DNA of 64,000 bases, from the NCBI GenBank assembly GCA_964016885.1, contig OZ024764.1:3596001-3660000 (forward strand), in the 5' to 3' direction. The translations under genes were made by a program, and so were the position numbers. Under the pieces are notes generated by a model. The model saw nothing but the letters and a program-made list of their open reading frames with translations, was not told where the DNA came from and made no database searches. Source of the DNA: Eledone cirrhosa. Taxonomy: Eukaryota. Below, one piece after another: positions 13,920 to 24,771 of this stretch. Each line of letters starts with the position of its first letter. Within the stretch, counting starts at the first letter, position 1.

Positions 13920-13978
<59 letters not shown>

Positions 13979-14224
13979 ATACTATACAGACACACACACA
14001 CATATATATATATATATATTAAAGAGTTAAACAAGATTCAATGAGTACATCAAAGAATGAGTTTTACAGTAGATTGGAAGCACTCTACAACTTTAAATGT
14101 ACAGTTATGTTTCATAAAACCCTTAAAATGTGCAGTTGTGTTGTATGTATGGACCTGTAACTCCTAATAGAGTGGTAGGGGTGCCACATTGACTTACAGC
14201 ATTTCAAACCTCGCAGAGCCCATC

Positions 14225-17200
14225 CCTCTGTTTATAATATTTACTGTATTATAACACTGTCTGTCTATCCCCACATGTATTACTGTTACACCTGTTTATA
14301 ATATTTACTGTATTATAACACTGTCTGTCCAGCCCCACATGTATTACTGTTACCCCTGTTTATAATATTTACTGTATTATAACACTGTCTGTCTATCCCC
14401 ACATGTATTACTGTTACCCCTGTTTATAATATTTACTGTATTATAACAGTCTGTCTGTCCAGCCCCACATGTATTACTGTTACACCTGTTTATAATATTT
14501 ACTGTATTATAACACTGTCTGTCTATCCCCACATGTATTACTGTTACCCCTGTTTATAATATTTACTGTATTATAACACTGTCTGTCCAGCCCCACATGT
14601 ATTACTGTTACCCCTGTTTATAATATCTACTGTATTATAACACTGTCTGTCCAGCCCCACATGTATTACTGTTACCCCTGTTTATAATATTTACTGTATT
14701 ATAACACTGTCTGTCTATCCCCACATGTATTACTGTTACCCCTGTTTATAATATCTACTGTATTATAACACTGTCTGTCCAGCCCCACATGTATTACTGT
14801 TACACCTGTTTATAATATTTACTGTATTATAACACTGTCTGTCTATCCCCACATGTATTACTGTTACCCCTGTTTATAATATTTACTGTATTATAACAGT
14901 CTGTCTGTCCAGCCCCACATGTATTACTGTTACCCCTGTTTATAATATCTACTGTATTATAACACTGTCTGTCCAGCCCCACATGTATTACTGTTACCCC
15001 TGTTTATAATATTTACTGTATTATAACACTGTCTGTCCAGCCCCACATGTATTACTGTTACCCCTGTTTATAATATTTACTGTATTATAACACTGTCTGT
15101 CCAGCCCCACATGTATTACTGTTATCCCTGTTTATAATATTTACTGTATAATAACACTGTCTGTCCAGCCCCACATGTATTACTGTTACCCCTGTTTATA
15201 ATATTTACTGTATTATAACAGTCTGTCTGTCCAGCCCCACATGTATTACTGTTACCCCTGTTTATAATATTTACTGTATTATAACAGTCTGTCTGTCCAG
15301 CCTCACATGTATTACTGTTACCCCTGTTTATAATATCTACTGTATTATAACACTGTCTGTCCAGCCCCACATGTATTACTGTTACCCCTGTTTATAATAT
15401 TTACTGTATAATAACACTGTCTGTCCAGCCCCACATGTATTACTGTTATCCCTGTTTATAATATTTACTGTATAATAACACTGTCTGTCTAGCCCCACAT
15501 GTATTACTGTTACCCCTGTTTATAATATCTACTGTATTACAACACTGTCTGTCCAGCCCCACATGTATTACTGTTACCCCTGTTTATAATATCTACTGTA
15601 TTATAACACTGTCTGTCCAGCCCCACATGTATTACTGTTACCCCTGTTTATAATATCTACTGTATTACAACACTGTCTGTCCAGCCCCACATGTATTACT
15701 GTTACCCCTGTTTATAATATTTACTGTATAATAACAGTCTGTCTGTCCAGCCCCACATGTATTACTGTTACCCCTGTTTATAATATTTACTGTATTATAA
15801 CACTGTCTGTCCAGCCCCACATGTATTACTGTTACCCCTGTTTATAATATTTACTGTATAATAACACTGTCTGTCCAGCCCCACATGTATTACTATTACC
15901 CCTGTTTATAATATTTACTTTCTTATAACACTGTCTGTCCAGCCCCACATGTATTACTGTTACCCCTGTTTATAATATCTACTGTATTATAACACTGTCT
16001 GTCTATCCCCACATATATTACTGTTACCTCTGTTTATAATATTTACTGTATTATAACAGTCTGTCTGTCCAGCCCCACATGTATTACTGTTACCCCTGTT
16101 TATAATATTTACTGTATTATAACACTGTCTGTCCAGCCCCACATGTATTACTGTTACCCCTGTTTATAATATCTACTGTATTATAACACTGTCTGTCCAG
16201 CCCCACATGTATTACTGTTACCCCTGTTTATAATATTTACTGTATAATAACACTGTCTGTCCAGCCCCACATGTATTACTGTTACCCCTGTTTATAATAT
16301 TTACTGTATAATAACACTGTCTGTCCAGCCCCACATGTATTACTGTTACCCCTGTTTATAATATCTACTGTATTATAACACTGTCTGTCTATCCCCACAT
16401 ATATTACTGTTACCTCTGTTTATAATATCTACTGTATTATAACACTGTCTGTCTATCCCCACATATATTACTGTTACCTCTGTTTATAATATTTACTGTA
16501 TTATAACAGTCTGTCTGTCCAGCCCCACATATATTACTGTTACCCCTGTTTATAATATCTACTGTATTATAACAGTCTGTCTGTCCAGCCCCACATATAT
16601 TACTGTTACCCCTGTTTATAATATCTACTGTATTATAACAGTCTGTCTGTCCAGCCCCACATATATTACTGTTACCCCTGTTTATAATATCTACTGTATT
16701 ATAACAGTCTGTCTGTCCAGCCCCACATGTATTACTGTTACCCCTGTTTATAATATCTACTGTATTATAACAGTCTGTCTGTCCAGCCCCACATATATTA
16801 CTGTTACCCCTGTTTATAATATCTACTGTATTATAACACTGTCTGTCTGTCCAGCCCCACATATATTACTGTTACCCCTGTTTATAATATTTACTGTATT
16901 ATAACACTGTCTGTCCAGCCCCACATATATTACTGTTACCTCTGTTTATAATATCTACTGTATTATAACAGTCTGTCTGTCCAGCCCCACATGTATTACT
17001 GTTACCCCTGTTTATAATATCTACTGTATTATAACAGTCTGTCTGTCCAGCCCCACATGTATTACTGTTACCCCTGTTTATAATATTTACTGTATTATAA
17101 CAGTCTGTCTGTCCAGCCCCACATGTATTACTGTTACCCCTGTTTATAATATCTACTGTATTATAACAGTCTGTCTGTCCAGCCCCACATGTATTACTGT

Positions 17201-17535
17201 TACCCCTGTTTATAATATTTACTGTATTATAACACTGTCTGTCCAGCCCCACATGTATTACTGTTACGCCTGTTTATAATATCTACTGTATTATAACACT
17301 GTCTGTCCAGCCCCACATGTATTACTGTTACCCCTGTTTATAATATCTACTGTATTATAACACTGTCTGTCTATCCCCACATGTATTACTGTTACCCCTG
17401 TTTATAATATCTACTGTATTATAACAGTCTGTCTGTCCAGCCCCACATGTATTACTGTTACGCCTGTTTATAATATTTACTGTATTATAACACTGTCTAT
17501 CCCCACATATATTACTGTTACCTCTGTTTATAATC
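14225..17535. repeat. 64/66-bp minisatellite (probably intronic)
   Basis: cccctgtttataatatttactgtattataacactgtctgtccagccccacatgtattactgtta, about 51 copies. Runs directly into a splice acceptor. Confidence 0.95.
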
Positions 17536-17593
17536 TAAAATCTGCTCTGTTTTTCTCTTCTCCCCAGACATCTTGTCAACAATAACCTGAATT

Positions 17594-18391
17594 ATGCAAA
17601 TTGCCGTCGCCCTCCCTATAATAGCAGCCGGAAACTTGATCGCTGAATATCTACGAAACAGACGTATTGAACAGCGTGAAACTCGAGAGCTTAATGAACA
17701 GCATGAAGGGCGTCAATTTAGGGAGCAGCTTATGCTTCAGTTAGCTGAAGAAGAACGGGAGAAATCGGCACATCGCAGACATCTGGATTATGAAACACAT
17801 CAATTAGCTCTGAATGAAAAGGAGCAGAAACTGAATAAAGAAATGATACCATATCTGGGCATAGCATTGGTGATTGTGGTGATGGCGTTAGCTATAGTGG
17901 TGGTGATGTGTGTATATTGGTTGGTACCGTTAGTCTGTTGGTTGTTACAGTATGTAGTGATGTCTGTCTTTTGTTTGTTACAGTATGTAGTGATGTCTGT
18001 CTGTTGGTTGTTACAGTATGTAGTGATGTCTGTCTTTTGGTTGTTACAGTATGTAGTGATGTCTGTCTGTTGGTTGTTACAGTATGTAGTGATGTCTGTC
18101 TGTTGGTTGTTACAGTGTGTAGTGATGTCTGTCTGTTGGTTGTTACAGTATGTAGTGATGTCTGTCTGTTGGTTGATAAAATATGTAGTGATGTCTGTCT
18201 TTTGGTTGTTACGGTATGTAGTGATGTCTGTATATCAGTTCTTTAACTTTAAAGCTATGGTTTTCATTGCAATTCTGGGATTTGTTATTTATCACATTCA
18301 TGATGATACAAAACCTAAACCTCTTCAACATCCTAATAATGCTAATAATAACAAAAAAAACAAAAAAAACAAAAAAATGACGAAACAATGA
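17594..18391 (+). CDS. Orphan putative membrane protein: charged coiled-coil N-terminus, TM segment, about 9 x 11-aa VVMSVCWLLQY repeats, TM segment, Lys/Asn-rich tail
   Basis: 265-aa ORF after a strong acceptor (ctgtttttctcttctccccAG at 17567), with an in-frame stop just upstream of the ATG. Candidate upstream donor GG|GTAAGT at 10153. Paralog at 43978. Confidence 0.6.
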   Translation: MQIAVALPIIAAGNLIAEYLRNRRIEQRETRELNEQHEGRQFREQLMLQLAEEEREKSAHRRHLDYETHQLALNEKEQKLNKEMIPYLGIALVIVVMALAIVVVMCVYWLVPLVCWLLQYVVMSVFCLLQYVVMSVCWLLQYVVMSVFWLLQYVVMSVCWLLQYVVMSVCWLLQCVVMSVCWLLQYVVMSVCWLIKYVVMSVFWLLRYVVMSVYQFFNFKAMVFIAILGFVIYHIHDDTKPKPLQHPNNANNNKKNKKNKKMTKQ

Positions 18392-18439
18392 GATCTCTTC
18401 ATGGCTGGAGTGTAACTGATTTTGGTACTTACTGTACCT

Positions 18440-18710
18440 ATGATGGTATTGATGGTTGTATCAGAAGCTGTGATGGTATTGATGGTTGTATCAGTAGCTG
18501 TGATGGTATTGATGGTTGTATTGGAAGCTGTGATGGTATTGATGGTTGTATCGGTAGCTGTGGTGGTATTGATGGTTGTATTGGAAGCTGTGATGGTATT
18601 GATGGTTGTATCGGTAGCTGTGGTGGTATTGATGGTTGTATTGGAAGCTGTGATGGTATTGATGGTTGTATTGGAAGCTGTGATGGTATTGATGGTTGTA
18701 TTGGTAGCTG
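18440..18710. repeat. 30-bp minisatellite
   Basis: gtgatggtattgatggttgtattggaagct, about 9 copies (about 3 in copy 2 at 46088-46180). Confidence 0.9.
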
Positions 18711-19394
18711 CTCTGTTTTCCTGTCCCTCCAAGGAAGACATCCAAGCATCAACCACCTTAATTATGATGTGGAGACAAGACGGCAGTGATGAAGACTCTG
18801 ATAGTGCAGCAATAGAGTTTTATAGAAAACTTATTCCTGGCTTCGGAGAAGGGTTAGATGGAGTGTTCAGTGGAATGTCTTTCAACCCACAAGCTCTGGG
18901 ATTTCTTGCTCACCCCATATATAACACAGTAAAAGCTTTATCTCACATAACATTACTCTATAAATACTATTGTATTTTCATGGTAAACACTTTACCTCAC
19001 ATAATATTGAATCTATGAGATTTTGATGATTTGATTGGGCATGGACTGTAATTAAGGTCGAGTGACATAACTTTTAATGATCAGCGGCTTTTAGACTCAC
19101 CTTATTAAAGAAACAATTGTTAATACTGTAAATAAACCCTATTGTACAGCCGCCCATGTTATTCTTCATTCTTTTATTATACAGATATATATATATACCA
19201 AAGGTAGAACTATATATATCTACATAGAACTACATACATCTATACTAATAAAGCGGAGGGCCGTATGTAAGTAACAAACTTTTCACCAAACGGCACCAAA
19301 TTTACACCATAGATATAACTATTTCCAAGTAAGAAAGTGGGAGTATTTTTGTCAACTGAATTTTGTTAAAAGATTAAAGACATTATTTAAATAT

Positions 19395-19807
19395 TCACTT
19401 TGCTAGCACCTTGGCCAAAATCTGTAACTCTGTATTTAGCAGAGTTATGGGCCTGAAGTTACTTATTTCGTACCCGACCTCCCATGGGTACATGCTGAAG
19501 CATATAAACAATATGCCCCCACACCCCCTACCGCAAGGTGGTCGTGGAGGTGCCACGGCAAAAAAGCACCCAGCCCACACTGTAAAGTGGACGTGTAGGC
19601 GCGCCACGAAAAAGCACCCAGCACTCACTGTAAATGAGGTTGGTGTTAGGAAGGGGATCCAGCTGTAGAAATCAAGCCAGATCAGTTCCTGTATGAGCAA
19701 GGCATGGTCAGCCGACCAGACACTGCCCACAACAGGACAACCCGTCTAACCCATGCTAGCGTGGAAGAACGGACGTAAAACGGTGATGATGATGATGATG
19801 ATGATGA
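19395..19807. mobile_element. Chimeric insertion: Tx1 RT fragment (-) joined to an RTE 3' tail (+)
   Basis: SNFRPITLLNTELQILAKVLAK on the minus strand, then RTE 3' UTR ending in (GAT)n. Absent from the paralogous site at about 48757. Confidence 0.75.
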
Positions 19808-20192
19808 CTTCTTTAAAATTTTCAAATGTCAATGCTTTCGGTTATACAACATTCCTCTCTCTTTCTTAGTCTGTCTTTTTAGATAGCTACTAGCAGAATG
19901 GCCTGGCGTACACATACACACGTACACATACACACAACATATATATAAATACATACACACACACACATATATATATACATATAAATACATATATACATAT
20001 ATATATATACATATACACACACATATATATATACATATATATATATACATATATATATACATATATATATATATAAACAAGGTTTAGAAAATAATGAAAA
20101 AGTTTCAAAATAAATTTTTAAAAATTGACTTTACCTACTATAGTTACCTTTACCGATCGGTTTCGAATCCCCAAAAAAAGGAACACATATCC

Positions 20193-20263
<71 letters not shown>

Positions 20264-20300
20264 AAAACGAAATAAAAAATCAAGTCATTAGAGATATACT

Positions 20301-20440
20301 TCACTGCTTTACGATCGTTTCTAGGTGGTGATAATACATTGTATCTATACTCAGTTATTGATCTATGTAAGTTTACAAACTATCAGATAGAGAGAATATT
20401 TACTTACATGCATATCACCAGCTGTTTTCAAAAGCAATAA
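20301..20440 (-). ncRNA. Type I hammerhead ribozyme, U3-A8 core variant, long stem II
   Basis: ttattgctt TTGAAAA cagctggtgata...tatcaccaccta GAAA cgatc GTA aagcagtga: 9-bp stem I, palindromic stem III. Confidence 0.65.
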
Positions 20441-21014
20441 TAATTTTATTCAATAATAATTTTACTCAGAATTAGTAGCATGTTAGTATCATGTCCTTAT
20501 TTGGAGGTGGTTGAAGAGCTAACAAATCAAATTGTTTTTTTCATATGGGGTTAAGATGAAAAGTAATACACCTAAGTTCAATTCATGACCCTTTGAAAGG
20601 AATGGTTGAAGGTGTTAGTAGAGTTGGCATAAGAATCTATTAGGAAGGAAGGGGTTTGCCAAACTGATAGTTGAATGTATCTGGTATAGTGAATTTAAAA
20701 GGAATGTCAAAATAAATGGTGATTAGTGTTGTATTGAGTTTTAAGGTGAATATAAATTAATGTTATGGCTAGGAAAGATAGTATATTAAAAGGTGGTCAA
20801 TGTATTATCACCATCTAGAAACGATCGTAAAGCAGTGAAGTATATCTCTAATGACTTGATTTTTTATTTCATTGTTTTAACTTATATCATGACTCTGTTT
20901 TCCTTTTAATGTTTTATTGTTATCTTAACCTACAACATTTTCAACATATGGATTACATCGAGTTCTTCATGCAAAATAGACCCCACAACTTACAGTGGAT
21001 ACCTCTGTATATAT

Positions 21015-21190
21015 CATCATTTTCATCATTTCATTTTACGTCCGCTTTTTCCCTGCTTGCAAGGGTGGGACGGGAACTGATTCTGGCTTGATTTCTACAG
21101 CTGGATGCCCTTCCTAACACCAACCTCATTTACAGTGAGTGCTGGGTGCTTTTTTGCCGTGGCACCTGCACGACCACTTTGCAGTGGAAT
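21015..21190 (-). mobile_element. RTE 3' tail fragment
   Basis: Same gatttctacagctggatgcccttcctaacacc sequence as 1840-1900. Confidence 0.7.
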
Positions 21191-21211
21191 GATATGAACC
21201 CCAGTCCCTAT

Positions 21212-21358
21212 CATCTCATTTCTACAGCTGAGTAAACTGGAGCAATGTGAAATAAAGTGTCTTGCTCAAGGAAACAACACATCACCCGGTCTGAGAATTG
21301 AACTCACAACCTTTCGATTGCAAGGCCAATGCTCTAACCACTAAGCCATGTGCCTCCA
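21212..21358 (-). mobile_element. tRNA-derived SINE
   Basis: Minus strand has A box TGGCTTAGTGG, B box GTTCAATTC and central TCCTTGAGCAAGACACTTTA domain. Confidence 0.8.
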
Positions 21359-21371
21359 TTATATATATATA

Positions 21372-21720
21372 TTAGAAAGTGAGGTTTTTTTTACAAAATA
21401 ACCGAGGTGTCCTACACGAGTGAAAGTATAAGGAAAAAAGATGAAAATCGAAAATGCAACTGGAGTCTTTTTTTTTTAAATATATATATTTATTTGGTTC
21501 CTTTACCGGTTTCGCAGTTCTTCTGATTTTCAAAAGTAGAGTTGAGATGGAGGGTCTGTGGCTTTTCACAGATGTGAGAAAAGCCACAGACCCTCCATCT
21601 CAACTCTACTTTTGAAAAGCAGAAGAACTGCGAAACTGGTAAAGGAACCAAATAAATATATATATCTTTTTAAAAAAAGACTCCAGTTGCATTTTCGATT
21701 TTCATCTTTTTTCCTTATAT
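21372..21720. mobile_element. Palindromic (divergent inverted) pLTR-like insertion with one HHR per arm
   Basis: Arms of about 140 bp around a spacer at 21568-21577. Both outer ends abut (TA)n. Confidence 0.75.
21608..21645 (+). ncRNA. Minimal type I hammerhead ribozyme, U3-A8 variant (mirror copy at about 21500-21537, minus strand)
   Basis: ctt TTGAAAA gcag-aagaa-ctgc GAAA c(t/c)g GTA aag. The minus-strand copy has palindromic stem III ACCGGT. Confidence 0.65.
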
Positions 21721-21734
21721 ATATATATATATGT

Positions 21735-22115
21735 CCTTACCATCTCAGTCTTCTCTCCTGCACACCACAACTTATCCCTCTTGACATTACACATCCAACG
21801 GAGCATGCTTGCTTCATTTCTCTCCAGCCGTCGCATGTCCTCTGCAGTTGCTGACCATGTCTCACTACCATGCAGCAAGTGCATCTCACCAGGCTTTCAT
21901 CATATAACCGGCCTTTTGTTCAGAGGAAGAAACCCTTCGTTGTCAACAGGGGAAGCAGCTCCCTAAACATGGGCGGAGGTGGTGAGAGCAGACCTCAGAT
22001 TGCTGAAACTCACGGAGGAGATGATGAAGGACCGTGACGGGTGGAGAGATGCTGTGCTGAATAGGACCCGTCCAACCCTTGTAAGCAGGGAAAAGCAGAC
22101 ATAAAATGATGATGA
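21735..22115. mobile_element. RTE fragments in inverted arrangement
   Basis: LHGSETW..RRLERNEASMLRWMC on minus, then an RTE 3' end with (GAT)n on plus. Confidence 0.7.
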
Positions 22116-22198
22116 TATATATAGATACATATATATATATATATATATAGATACATATATATATATATACACACACATACACATACACTTACATCCAC

Positions 22199-22243
<45 letters not shown>

Positions 22244-22583
22244 AACATACATACATATATATATATACACACACATACATATACATATATACACATACAT
22301 ATACATGTGTGCATACGCATACATATATATATATATATACACACACACATATACATACATACACAAATACATACACATATACACACACATGGATATACAC
22401 ACACTAGGATACTAGCTCCTTCTATTGCCCAGATGGGAAAAGCAGACATAAAATGATGATGATATATATAGATACATATATATATATATATATAGATACA
22501 TATATATATATATACACACACATACATACATACACACATACACATACACTTACATCCAGATATAAATATATATATATATATAT

Positions 22584-24771
22584 ATTGGAATAAATGCTCT
22601 GAAATAGCGATATATATGTGAATATAGACATAGAATATTCGAAAATATTCTGTATGTTTATAATAAACATTTTGAAGACCTAATCGCTATAGAATAGAAT
22701 ACGTCACGTATTACAATTAGATTCTCGATAAAAGCAAGGGAAGTAATCTACGCGTTTCATTCTCGTTAGAAATCATCAGGACTACATATCCAGTGCTTTT
22801 ATCGAGAATGACACAGCTAGAGACTTATAGAATACTTAGCTGTGTACAGGAACTGGTTTGAAAGAGCGGTTGCCGGTCCGGCAGAAATTAGAAATTGGAA
22901 TAAATGCTCTGAAATAGCGATATATATGTGAATATAGACATAGAATATTCGAAAATATTCTGTATGTTTATAATAAACATTTTGAAGACCTAATCGCTAT
23001 AGAATAGAATACGTCACGTATTACAATTAGATTCTCGATAAAAGCAAGGGAAGTAATCTACGCGTTTCATTCTCGTTAGAAATCATCAGGACTACATATC
23101 CAGTGCTTTTATCGAGAATGACACAGCTAGAGACTTATAGAATACTTAGCTGTGTACAGGAACTGGTTTGAAAGAGCGGTTGCCGGTCCGGCAGAAATTA
23201 GAAATTGGAATAAATGCTCTGAAATAGCGATATATATGTGAATATAGACATAGAATATTCGAAAATATTCTGTATGTTTATAATAAACATTTTGAAGACC
23301 TAATCGCTATAGAATAGAATACGTCACGTATTACAATTAGATTCTCGATAAAAGCAAGGGAAGTAATCTACGCGTTTCATTCTCGTTAGAAATCATCAGG
23401 ACTACATATCCAGTGCTTTTATCGAGAATGACACAGCTAGAGACTTATAGAATACTTAGCTGTGTACAGGAACTGGTTTGAAAGAGCGGTTGCCGGTCCG
23501 GCAGAAATTAGAAATTGGAATAAATGCTCTGAAATAGCGATATATATGTGAATATAGACATAGAATATTCGAAAATATTCTGTATGTTTATAATAAACAT
23601 TTTGAAGACCTAATCGCTATAGAATAGAATACGTCACGTATTACAATTAGATTCTCGATAAAAGCAAGGGAAGTAATCTACGCGTTTCATTCTCGTTAGA
23701 AATCATCAGGACTACATATCCAGTGCTTTTATCGAGAATGACACAGCTAGAGACTTATAGAATACTTAGCTGTGTACAGGAACTGGTTTGAAAGAGCGGT
23801 TGCCGGTCCGGCAGAAATTAGAAATTGGAATAAATGCTCTGAAATAGCGATATATATGTGAATATAGACATAGAATATTCGAAAATATTCTGTATGTTTA
23901 TAATAAACATTTTGAAGACCTAATCGCTATAGAATAGAATACGTCACGTATTACAATTAGATTCTCGATAAAAGCAAGGGAAGTAATCTACGCGTTTCAT
24001 TCTCGTTAGAAATCATCAGGACTACATATCCAGTGCTTTTATCGAGAATGACACAGCTAGAGACTTATAGAATACTTAGCTGTGTACAGGAACTGGTTTG
24101 AAAGAGCGGTTGCCGGTCCGGCAGAAATTAGAAATTGGAATAAATGCTCTGAAATAGCGATATATATGTGAATATAGACATAGAATATTCGAAAATATTC
24201 TGTATGTTTATAATAAACATTTTGAAGACCTAATCGCTATAGAATAGAATACGTCACGTATTACAATTAGATTCTCGATAAAAGCAAGGGAAGTAATCTA
24301 CGCGTTTCATTCTCGTTAGAAATCATCAGGACTACATATCCAGTGCTTTTATCGAGAATGACACAGCTAGAGACTTATAGAATACTTAGCTGTGTACAGG
24401 AACTGGTTTGAAAGAGCGGTTGCCGGTCCGGCAGAAATTAGAAATTGGAATAAATGCTCTGAAATAGCGATATATATGTGAATATAGACATAGAATATTC
24501 GAAAATATTCTGTATGTTTATAATAAACATTTTGAAGACCTAATCGCTATAGAATAGAATACGTCACGTATTACAATTAGATTCTCGATAAAAGCAAGGG
24601 AAGTAATCTACGCGTTTCATTCTCGTTAGAAATCATCAGGACTACATATCCAGTGCTTTTATCGAGAATGACACAGCTAGAGACTTATAGAATACTTAGC
24701 TGTGTACAGGAACTGGTTTGAAAGAGCGGTTGCCGGTCCGGCAGAAATTAGAAATTGGAATAAATGCTCTG
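22584..24771 (-). mobile_element. Retrozyme-like 310-bp tandem array, left arm (7 units, HHR on minus strand)
   Basis: taaatgctct recurs at 22591, 22901 ... 24761 (period 310). No unit differences seen by eye. Confidence 0.9.

Larger units (their letters stand above)
9880..19908. repeat. Segmental duplication, copy 1 (paralogous to about 30520-48858)
   Basis: Same ordered blocks in both copies: unique 9900-10310, 61-bp satellite, Tx1 fragment, HHR, 64-bp satellite, ORF, 3' region. 19025-19397 matches 48372-48757 and 19809-19908 matches 48758-48858. Confidence 0.9.

Noticed and set aside
15122-17252. Minus-strand CYNTVDIINRGNSNTCGAGQTD repeat ORFs
   Set aside because: Arise only where 66-bp variants are adjacent. 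The 64-bp units break the frame.
18325-18789. SCDGIDGCIG and TTINTITAS repeat ORFs (antifreeze- or mucin-like)
   Set aside because: The 30-bp satellite is open in most frames, so no frame is favoured.
22591-22900. Second ribozyme on the opposite strand of the 310-bp unit (viroid-like ambisense)
   Set aside because: No complete hammerhead core found by eye on that strand. A covariance-model scan for other ribozyme classes would be needed.
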